A stretch of DNA of 28,517 nt from a virus (lineage: Duplodnaviria; Caudoviricetes), in IMG/VR virus record IMGVR_UViG_3300014658_000015, positions 1 to 28,517 of that record; one strand, 5' to 3'. The position numbers were made by a program, and so were the translations under genes. This document shows positions 18,302 to 25,312 of the stretch, in pieces (within the stretch, counting starts at the first letter, position 1; each line of letters starts with the position of its first letter). The notes below the pieces were generated by a model that searched no databases, was not told the origin of the DNA, and saw nothing but the letters and a program-made list of their open reading frames with translations.

Positions 18302-19613
18302 CCGCTTCGCGATCCGGCTCCGAGCCGCGTTTCTGGCGCTCTTCCTGTTCATCGGTCGCCCAGCCCATGCCACGGGCAGCGAGACCCTCAACCAGCTGCA
18401 GCCGCGCGGCGCGCCGGTCTCCACTGACCTGATCCCGATCCTGCCGGTGGGCTCGACGGTCCTGAAAAGCGTGACGGTCGCGCAGCTGCAGGCCTATATC
18501 GCCAGCCTGGGCGGCGGGGTCAGCAGCGTGATCTGCGGAACCGGCATGGCTGGCGGCACGATCACCAGCACCGGCGAATGCGATCTGCTCCCCGCCTCGC
18601 CCACGACGATCGGCGGGGTGGAGAGCCTGGCGGCCGTCGCCCACAACTACCTCACCTCGATCACCACCCTGGGCGTCCCCGTCGCGGCCAGGCCTGCCTG
18701 CGCCGACCTCTCCGACATGGCGCCGAGCTGCAACACCGACACTACCAACGCCGCCAATATCACCAGCGGCAATCTGGCGATCGCCCGATTCGCCGGCGGC
18801 TCGGGCGCCTCGAGCTCGACCTGCTGGCGCGGCAACGCCACCTGGGGCGCCTGCACCGGATCCGGCGGCACGGTGAACGGTGTGACGGCCGGAACCGGCC
18901 TCACCGGCGGCACGATCACCACGACCGGCACCATCGGCCTGGCCTTTCCCTCAGCCACGACGATCGGCGGGGTGGAGAGCCTGGCGGCCAGCGCCCACAA
19001 CTATCTCACCTCGATCACCACCCTGGGCGTCCCCGTCGCGGCCAGGCCGGCCTGCGCCGACCTCTCCGACATGGCGCCGAGCTGCAACACCGACGCCACC
19101 AACGCTTCCAACATCGCCAGCGGCACGCTCGCCAGCGCGCGCCTGCCGGCCATGGCCGCGCACACGCTCTGGGGGAACAATACCGGGTCCACCGCCGCGC
19201 CCTCGGCGCTGAGCGCCGCCCAGGTGGTGGCGATGCTGGCCGGCACGACCTCCGGCACCTTCGCGGCGGGCAACGATTCCCGCTTTGGCGGCCCGACTCA
19301 GGACAGCCAGAGCGGCTCCTATACCCTGGCGCTCACGGACGCCGGCGGCCAGATCTATCATCCGTCCGCCGACACCACGGCCCGCACGTGGACCATCCCG
19401 GCCAACGCCTCCGTGGCCTTCGCCATCGGCGCCAAGATCGATCTGGTGAACGATTGCGGCGCCGGCGCCGTGACCATAGCCATCACTTCGGACACCCTGG
19501 TGTGGTTCACGTCCGGAAGCACGGGCTCGCGCACGCTCAGCGCCTGCGGCGAGGCGACCCTCACCAAGATCGGCGCGACACGCTGGATCGTTACAGGGGC
19601 CGGCCTGTCGTGA
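18294..19613 (+). CDS. Tail-fibre-like protein with a Sec signal peptide, internal duplication and 10 Cys
   Basis: Signal MSDRFAIRLRAAFLALFLFIGRPAHA|. Fibre motifs GTVNGVTAGTGLTGGTITTTGTI and TFAAGNDSRF; C-terminal SYTLALTDAG...WTIPANASVAFAIG domain. Overlaps the end of baseplate J. Confidence 0.8.
   Translation: MSDRFAIRLRAAFLALFLFIGRPAHATGSETLNQLQPRGAPVSTDLIPILPVGSTVLKSVTVAQLQAYIASLGGGVSSVICGTGMAGGTITSTGECDLLPASPTTIGGVESLAAVAHNYLTSITTLGVPVAARPACADLSDMAPSCNTDTTNAANITSGNLAIARFAGGSGASSSTCWRGNATWGACTGSGGTVNGVTAGTGLTGGTITTTGTIGLAFPSATTIGGVESLAASAHNYLTSITTLGVPVAARPACADLSDMAPSCNTDATNASNIASGTLASARLPAMAAHTLWGNNTGSTAAPSALSAAQVVAMLAGTTSGTFAAGNDSRFGGPTQDSQSGSYTLALTDAGGQIYHPSADTTARTWTIPANASVAFAIGAKIDLVNDCGAGAVTIAITSDTLVWFTSGSTGSRTLSACGEATLTKIGATRWIVTGAGLS
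18537..19125 (+). repeat. Intragenic direct repeat with a 354-nt (118-aa) period
   Basis: 18537-18771 aligns with 18891-19125. The core ccacgacgatcggcggggtggagagcctggcggcc...gctgcaacaccgac is nearly identical at 18601 and 18955. Confidence 0.95.
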
Positions 19614-20215
19614 AGCGTGTGGCCGCTGTTCTTGGCTTTCTGGCGTTGGCGGGATCGGCCGCCGCAGTGCCTGGCGGCTGGACCGTGATCGGCGGGATCC
19701 AGGTCGTTCATTTCTTCGCCGGCGGCGCGGGGGTGGAGACCATTCCCTCCGGCGCCAGTCAGCTGATTATCGAGACCTGGGCCGGCGGCGGAGCCGGGTC
19801 GCGCTCCACCGGCGCGCCGGAGCCGAACTGCGGGGGATCCGGCGCCAGCGGCGGCTATGCCCGCAAGACGATCGCCCTGACCTCCGCCAACTGGGGCCAG
19901 ACGCTCGACTGGACGGTCGGCGCGTCGGCCTCGGCGAGCGTGGTCGCCAACGACACGCTCTCCACCGGCGTCGCCATCGGGGGCGGAGCCGGCGGCGCGG
20001 GAAACTCCATCAGCGCGGGGGTCGGCGCGGCGCCGGCCGGGGGCGACATCAACACCGCCGGACACCCGGGCGTCATTGGCTGCGGCGCCGCCGGCGGCGC
20101 GCCGATCCCGGGCCTGGCGGGGGCGGGGTTTGGCGCCGGCGGCGCCTCGGCGCCCAGCGGCGGCTTCCCCGGTAGCGCTGGCTACGGAGGAGCCGTGTCC
20201 TTCAGCTACAGCTAG
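19610..20215 (+). CDS. Glycine-rich fibre-tip/adhesin-like protein with a Sec signal peptide
   Basis: GTG start at 19610 (GTGA overlap). Signal MKRVAAVLGFLALAGSAAA|. Gly-rich pattern ETIPSGASQLIIETWAGGGAGS, GGSGASGGYARK, GYGGAVSFSY. Two Cys. Confidence 0.8.
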   Translation: MKRVAAVLGFLALAGSAAAVPGGWTVIGGIQVVHFFAGGAGVETIPSGASQLIIETWAGGGAGSRSTGAPEPNCGGSGASGGYARKTIALTSANWGQTLDWTVGASASASVVANDTLSTGVAIGGGAGGAGNSISAGVGAAPAGGDINTAGHPGVIGCGAAGGAPIPGLAGAGFGAGGASAPSGGFPGSAGYGGAVSFSYS

Positions 20216-20226
20216 GGCCCGCGCGC

Positions 20227-20997
20227 ATGCTTGATGTCCTCCTCGTCGGCGGCGACGATATCCTGGCGGTCGAGGAAGACGACGTCCTGGCCGTCCAGAC
20301 CTATGTGGCCCCGGTTCTCCCCGACGAGCCCAGCGACGGCGAGACCGCCATCGACCTGGCGATCGGGGACGGAAACAATCTGGCGGTCGACGCCAACAAC
20401 GACCTGGCCGTCTCTCTCTTCACGCCGCTGGGCGACTTTGGCCAGTCCGGCGTTCCGCAGTTCTCGCCGGAGGACTATCAAGCCGCCTTCCAGGCGCTCA
20501 TGCCGCGTGGACGCGTCTGGCCGAACGATCCAGGCAGCGTCCAGTCCATGGTCGCCCTGGGCCTTTCGACCACCTTCGCAAGGTCCAACGCCGCCGCCGC
20601 CGGACTCATCGTCGACGCCTTCCCGGCCACGGCGGTCAACCTGCTGCCCGAGTGGGAGGAAACCCTCGGCCTTCCCGATCCCTGCGCCGGCCCGTCGCCC
20701 ACCCTGCAGGTGCGCCAGGCGCATGTGGTGGCCAAGTTCATCTCCACCGGCGGCCAGTCGGTCTCCTACTTCATCGCCCTGGCCGCCTCGCTTGGCTACC
20801 CGATCACCATCACGGAATTCACCGGCGACCAGGCCCACCACTGGCAGGTGAACGCCCCGACGGTGTCGGAATTCTATTTCCGGGCGGGCGGGGCCTCGGC
20901 GGGCGAGCCGCTGATCATCGGCGGCAACGCGGTCCTCGAGTGCGTCTTCAACGAGCTCAAGCCCGCGCACACCACGGTTTCCTTCCAGTACGGTTGA
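20227..20997 (+). CDS. YmfQ/DUF2313 (Mu gp48-like) baseplate wedge protein with an acidic N-terminal extension
   Basis: ALMPRGRVWP, LLPEWEETLGLPDPC, GGQSVSYFI and LECVFNELKPAHT; about 75 extra N-terminal residues. Confidence 0.92.
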   Translation: MLDVLLVGGDDILAVEEDDVLAVQTYVAPVLPDEPSDGETAIDLAIGDGNNLAVDANNDLAVSLFTPLGDFGQSGVPQFSPEDYQAAFQALMPRGRVWPNDPGSVQSMVALGLSTTFARSNAAAAGLIVDAFPATAVNLLPEWEETLGLPDPCAGPSPTLQVRQAHVVAKFISTGGQSVSYFIALAASLGYPITITEFTGDQAHHWQVNAPTVSEFYFRAGGASAGEPLIIGGNAVLECVFNELKPAHTTVSFQYG

Positions 20998-21006
20998 CGA
21001 GGGCGC

Positions 21007-21804
21007 ATGCAACGGATCGATTCCGCCAACGCCGTGCCGACCATGCCGGCCGTCAAACCGACGGCCGCGCCAGGCTTCTTCGAGGACACTTCAAATCCAG
21101 GCACCGTCGTCACGGCCGATTGGCTGAACGACGTCCAGGAGGAACTGCTCACCGTCATCATCGCCGGCGGCCTCACGCCCGCCAAGGGCGCCACCGACCA
21201 GCTCTACCTGGCCCTCGAGCAACTTATCGCCAACGCCACTGCGGGCGTCTCGAGCTTCAACACTCGTTCCGGCGCGGTGACGCTCACCAATGCCGATATC
21301 ATCGCCGCCCTGGCGGCCGGCGCGCTGCTGAACAGCGTCCTGGCCAACATGCCGGCGGGCACGGTCAAGGCCAATCCCTCGGGCGCGGCCGCCGCGCCCG
21401 AGGACATCACCTTCGCCGCCCTGGCCACCAATCTGGGCTATTCCAAGAGCGGCGCGACCTCGGTCACGCTGCCCAACGCCGGCGATCTGCCCGGCACGGT
21501 CGGCTCCTCGGGCAGTTGGACCGATCCCAACGGCCTCGTCCACCAGTGGGCCTATATCCAGCTCGAGGACTACGGCTCGGGCTCGGGCGCCTACACGACC
21601 TGGACCTTCCCGGAGGTTTTTCCGAACGCCTGCATGGGCCTCGTCACCCAGAACTATTCCGTGATGGCCGGCCAGGGGGGGAACTCCCGGATCGCCATAG
21701 CCGATGTCGAATCCCTGACCGCTCACGCGGCCAACATCCAGATGCACAACACCACCGCCGGCGGGACGCTGTGCGTCTTCTACGTCGAGGCGTGGGGCTT
21801 TTAG
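21007..21804 (+). CDS. Short tail fibre (Mu gpS-type N-terminus)
   Basis: MQRID...PGTVVTADWLNDVQEEL baseplate-binding N-terminus; VSSFNTRSGAVTL motif; C-terminal PNGLVHQW...TFPEVFPNAC domain. No signal peptide. Confidence 0.88.
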   Translation: MQRIDSANAVPTMPAVKPTAAPGFFEDTSNPGTVVTADWLNDVQEELLTVIIAGGLTPAKGATDQLYLALEQLIANATAGVSSFNTRSGAVTLTNADIIAALAAGALLNSVLANMPAGTVKANPSGAAAAPEDITFAALATNLGYSKSGATSVTLPNAGDLPGTVGSSGSWTDPNGLVHQWAYIQLEDYGSGSGAYTTWTFPEVFPNACMGLVTQNYSVMAGQGGNSRIAIADVESLTAHAANIQMHNTTAGGTLCVFYVEAWGF

Positions 21805-21805
21805 G

Positions 21806-22159
21806 GTGGGCGTCTCCGTCGCGGCCACCACTCCGCCCCTCGTCGATCCTTCGACAGGCAACCTGAACCTCAACGCCCGAGGCGGCATCGTCATCAGTTT
21901 TCGCGAGCAGGCGGCTGGCGTTTTTCTCGACATCTCCGCCTTCCAGCTGTTCTTCGAGATCGATGGCTACGCCCGCTTTCAGCTCACGCCCGGCGCCGAC
22001 GACACCGAGCAGCTGATCACTCTCACCGATGAACTGGTGGCGAGCCTGCCGCTCAACACCGCCATCCCCTTCGTGGTGCGCAACGAGACCAATGTTCCGC
22101 CCACGGTCGACTGGGGCGGCATGATCAAGACCTATGGCTACGGGGGCGCGCCAACGTGA
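21806..22159 (+). CDS. Hypothetical beta-rich adaptor-like protein
   Basis: GTG start 2 nt after the fibre stop; GTGA overlap with the next gene; function not recognised. Confidence 0.6.
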   Translation: MGVSVAATTPPLVDPSTGNLNLNARGGIVISFREQAAGVFLDISAFQLFFEIDGYARFQLTPGADDTEQLITLTDELVASLPLNTAIPFVVRNETNVPPTVDWGGMIKTYGYGGAPT

Positions 22160-22392
22160 GCGACACCACCGTCATCATCGATTTTCGCGGGCCGCCCGGC
22201 GCCGCCGGGCCCAGCACCGCCGCCGGCATTTCCTATGACGATAGCCAGACCGGCCTGGGCGTCTCCAGCGTCCAGCAGGCCATCGCCTACCTCGCCAGCG
22301 TGGTCGCCAGCCTGAGCGTCGGCGTCGGCCCGAGCCTCGATTTTTCCAATCCTGACAATTTCCTTTTCGGCCTGAGCAACGGGGTCATCTGA
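22156..22392 (+). CDS. Small fibre-connector-like protein
   Basis: RGPPGAAGP collagen-like triplets and the fibre motif AAGISYDDSQTGLGVSSVQQAIAYL; coupled on both sides. Confidence 0.65.
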   Translation: MSDTTVIIDFRGPPGAAGPSTAAGISYDDSQTGLGVSSVQQAIAYLASVVASLSVGVGPSLDFSNPDNFLFGLSNGVI

Positions 22393-22393
22393 G

Positions 22394-23242
22394 ATGAGCG
22401 CTGGCGTCGTCCAAATCACCGTCAAGGACTCCGCCGGGGTCGGGCGGCCGTTCAATTTCTTCTCCTCCACGGGAGACGGATCGCTCGACACTGGCACCTT
22501 CGCGCCCCTGAGCTTCCTCGGGGACGGGATGGGCGGCTATATCGCGCCGGCGACCTCGACCCTTCAGGCGATCACCAACACCAGCCTGGCGTCGATCCTG
22601 TCGGCGCTGGAGGCCGGCCTGGCGGTCACGGGGCCTCTGACGGCCACCCAGCTCACGGCCGCCTCGCTGGCCACCCACGCCGACGCCCTGGCCATCGTCG
22701 CCGCCCTCGGGGCCCTTCCGCAAACCAATGTGCTCGCCACGGGCACGAACACCGTCGGGGCGATCTCCAACACGGTCTTCGGCGCGACCCAGACGGGCGC
22801 CTGGACCGTCATCGCCAACGCCGGGACCGGCACCTTCGCCATATCCGCCGCGGCCCTGCCGCTGCCCACCGGCGCGGCGAAGGAGAACGGCGGCAATCTC
22901 GACACGCTCGTCGCCCGCATCCTGCCGCCGCTCACGCCCGTCAGCACCGCCGCCCTGGCCTCGAGCCTGGTCGTCAAGGCCGGGGCCGGGAACCTGGCGG
23001 CGATCGAGATCTCGTCCGGCGCCACCGCCGGATGGCTCATGCTCTTCAACGCCACCGCCGCGCCGGCGGACGGGGCCGTGACACCGGTCAAGGCCTATCA
23101 GGTGCCCGCGAACGTCACCGAGCGATGGGAATACGCCAGGCCGCTGGCGTTCGCGACCGGGATCACCGCGGTGTTCTCGAGCACCGGGCCGTTCAACAAA
23201 ACGGCCTCGGCCACCGTCTTCATCTCCGGAGAATCCCAATGA
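22394..23242 (+). CDS. Fibre/spike-like protein without signal peptide or Cys
   Basis: Ala/Thr/Gly-rich; LPLPTGAAKE and LATGTNTVGAI shaft motifs; beta-rich C-terminal domain. Confidence 0.7.
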   Translation: MSAGVVQITVKDSAGVGRPFNFFSSTGDGSLDTGTFAPLSFLGDGMGGYIAPATSTLQAITNTSLASILSALEAGLAVTGPLTATQLTAASLATHADALAIVAALGALPQTNVLATGTNTVGAISNTVFGATQTGAWTVIANAGTGTFAISAAALPLPTGAAKENGGNLDTLVARILPPLTPVSTAALASSLVVKAGAGNLAAIEISSGATAGWLMLFNATAAPADGAVTPVKAYQVPANVTERWEYARPLAFATGITAVFSSTGPFNKTASATVFISGESQ

Positions 23243-24555
23243 TGCGCGCCACCCTTCGCGCCGGCGCGCTCGCGCTCGCGCTGTTCGCCTCGGCGTCGCC
23301 GACACTGGCCCAGGTGACCGCGCCGCCCGGCGAGTCCGTTTCCGGAACCGTGACCGCCGCGGCGGCCACCGGGACGGCCTCCGGCACGATCACCGCCAAC
23401 GACACCGGGACGACCACGACGGCCGGCCAGAGCGGCGTCAATCTGGTCACCGGCACGCCCACCGCCAATTCGTCCCTCACCTTTCCGACCCTCGGCTATT
23501 CCTCGGTCACGGTGACGGCCCAAACGGCGACCTCGTTCCCCACCGGCGCTTCGTTCCAGATCGAGACGTCCAGCGACGGCGGCGTGACCTACTTCCCCGC
23601 CAGCGGCAAGATCGGCGGGACATCGATCACCTCGTCGGCGATCACCGGCTATGGGGTTTTCCGTGTCGATACGACGGGCATGGATCACCTTCGCGTCCGG
23701 GCGACCGCCTATACCAGCGGCACCCTGACGCTGGCCGTCCAGGGCTCCAACTCCTCCGGCCTGACCCAGGTTCTCAACCCGGTCCGGCTGGTCGACGCGA
23801 ACGGCAACGCGGCGGTGTTCACCTCGGGCGGCGCGTTCACTGGTCAGATCACCGTCGCCGATGGCGGCGACACCACCTTCGGCTCCAAGGCCGACGCGGC
23901 GACCTGCGCCACCACCAACACGTTCATGGCCTGCGCGCGCCAGCTGCACACGGATCTCCAGTCGATCCTCACGGGGGTGAACTCCGGCTACTACGTCGCC
24001 GGCACGGGCCAGACCTTCACCGGCGGCTCGGCCATCGTCGGGCCCGACAGCGCCACCTCGACCACCGCCGATTGGCTGACCTTCTACCACGCCGACGGCG
24101 GGGCCGAGGTCCACGTGATGAACACGGTCGCGGTCACCGTGGGCAACACCGTGCCGGTCACGGTGAGCGGCCAGGCCGATCCGTGCTTTGCCTCGGCCAA
24201 GCTGACCGCCGACTTCGAGAGCACCACCTCCGGTGGCTCGATCATCACCGCCGTCTCGGGCAAGAAGGCCTATATCTGCGGGATCCGCATTCACGCCTCG
24301 GCGGCGGCGAACATCTCGCTGAACGAGGGGACCGGTTCCTCGGTCTGCACCGGCGGCACGATCAGCGGCGATTATCTGAACACCGGCTCGACGGCCGCCA
24401 ACGGCGCGGCCTACGCGGCCAACAGCGGCGACTCCGTGGGCTTCGCCAACGCGACCGTCGCCCAGAACGCCACCGCCGGCCAGAATACCTGCGTGCTTTT
24501 CACCACCTCTGGGACGCCGCAGGTGAATGTGCACGTGAGCTACGTCCAGCAGTAG
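23239..24555 (+). CDS. Exported fibre/spike-like protein (signal peptide, 6 Cys)
   Basis: Start ATG 23239 or 23242, overlapping the upstream stop. Signal MMRATLRAGALALALFASASPTLA|Q. Thr/Ser/Gly-rich beta domains. Confidence 0.8.
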   Translation: MMRATLRAGALALALFASASPTLAQVTAPPGESVSGTVTAAAATGTASGTITANDTGTTTTAGQSGVNLVTGTPTANSSLTFPTLGYSSVTVTAQTATSFPTGASFQIETSSDGGVTYFPASGKIGGTSITSSAITGYGVFRVDTTGMDHLRVRATAYTSGTLTLAVQGSNSSGLTQVLNPVRLVDANGNAAVFTSGGAFTGQITVADGGDTTFGSKADAATCATTNTFMACARQLHTDLQSILTGVNSGYYVAGTGQTFTGGSAIVGPDSATSTTADWLTFYHADGGAEVHVMNTVAVTVGNTVPVTVSGQADPCFASAKLTADFESTTSGGSIITAVSGKKAYICGIRIHASAAANISLNEGTGSSVCTGGTISGDYLNTGSTAANGAAYAANSGDSVGFANATVAQNATAGQNTCVLFTTSGTPQVNVHVSYVQQ

Positions 24556-24556
24556 C

Positions 24557-25312
24557 ATGAAGCGCCGCGCCGCCCTTCTTTCGGCCCTCCTGACGCTGAC
24601 CTGGTGCGCGCCGGCGTGGGCGTTCGGCGTCACCTCGCTCGGCAGCAATTCCGGGTCGGCCGGGGCGGCCACCACCCTCGTCATCACCACCACGGCCGAT
24701 TGCCCGATCGGCAGCGAGATCGTCGTCGTCGCCACGGCCAAGACGTCGGTGACCATCTCCTCGGTGGCCGACAGCGCCTCGGCCGGCTCCTATGCCGGCC
24801 TCACCCAGGGTGCCAACAGCACCGGCGGCCGGTTCTTTCACGCCGACAACAGCGGCGCCGATCTTCCCTCCGGGGGAACCATCACGATCACCTATTCGTC
24901 GTCGAGCCCGGCCAAGGCGGCGGCGGCGGCGTGCGTCTCGGGCGTCGCCACGAGCTCGCCGGCCGACAGCGTCACCTTCGCCTCGGCGACCGGAACCGGC
25001 ACTACCCCGGCCTCGGGCGCCACGACCACCTCGACCTATGCGAGCGAGATATTCTTCGGGTTCGCCACCGCCGCCTCGGGCGAGACCTACACCAACAACG
25101 CCAGCTGGACACCCCTGGGAGCGGTCGTTCAGTCCTCCGCCGGCGGCTTCATCTGGGGCTACCAGACGCTCTCGGCCACCGGGTCGGTGAACTACAACCC
25201 GACCATGAACAACTCGACAACCTGGGTCGCCCAGGCGCAGGGCTTCAAGGGCTCCGGCGCGCCCCCCACGACCACGTGCGGCGCCCTGGCCACCATGGGC
25301 GTCGGATGCTGA
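24557..25312 (+). CDS. Exported Ser/Thr/Ala-rich beta protein (signal peptide, 4 Cys in the mature part)
   Basis: Signal MKRRAALLSALLTLTWCAPAWA|F; ends CGALATMGVGC. Confidence 0.8.
   Translation: MKRRAALLSALLTLTWCAPAWAFGVTSLGSNSGSAGAATTLVITTTADCPIGSEIVVVATAKTSVTISSVADSASAGSYAGLTQGANSTGGRFFHADNSGADLPSGGTITITYSSSSPAKAAAAACVSGVATSSPADSVTFASATGTGTTPASGATTTSTYASEIFFGFATAASGETYTNNASWTPLGAVVQSSAGGFIWGYQTLSATGSVNYNPTMNNSTTWVAQAQGFKGSGAPPTTTCGALATMGVGC

Noticed and set aside
18537-19125. Direct repeat as a DGR template/variable pair or a CRISPR-like array
   Set aside because: Both copies are in frame within one gene, the differences are not adenine-specific (e.g. tac/tat, cct/ccg), and no reverse transcriptase or spacer structure is present.
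9706-21804. Tailocin, eCIS, T6SS or gene transfer agent interpretation
   Set aside because: A complete cos, terminase, portal and capsid module is linked to the tail, which fits a genuine cos-packaging phage.
24557-24622. Lipoprotein or Tat signal in MKRRAALLSALLTLTWC
   Set aside because: LTWC is not a canonical lipobox and a good AWA signal peptidase I site follows. KRRAAL lacks the S/T-RR-x-FL consensus, so Sec/SPI is preferred, though not proven.
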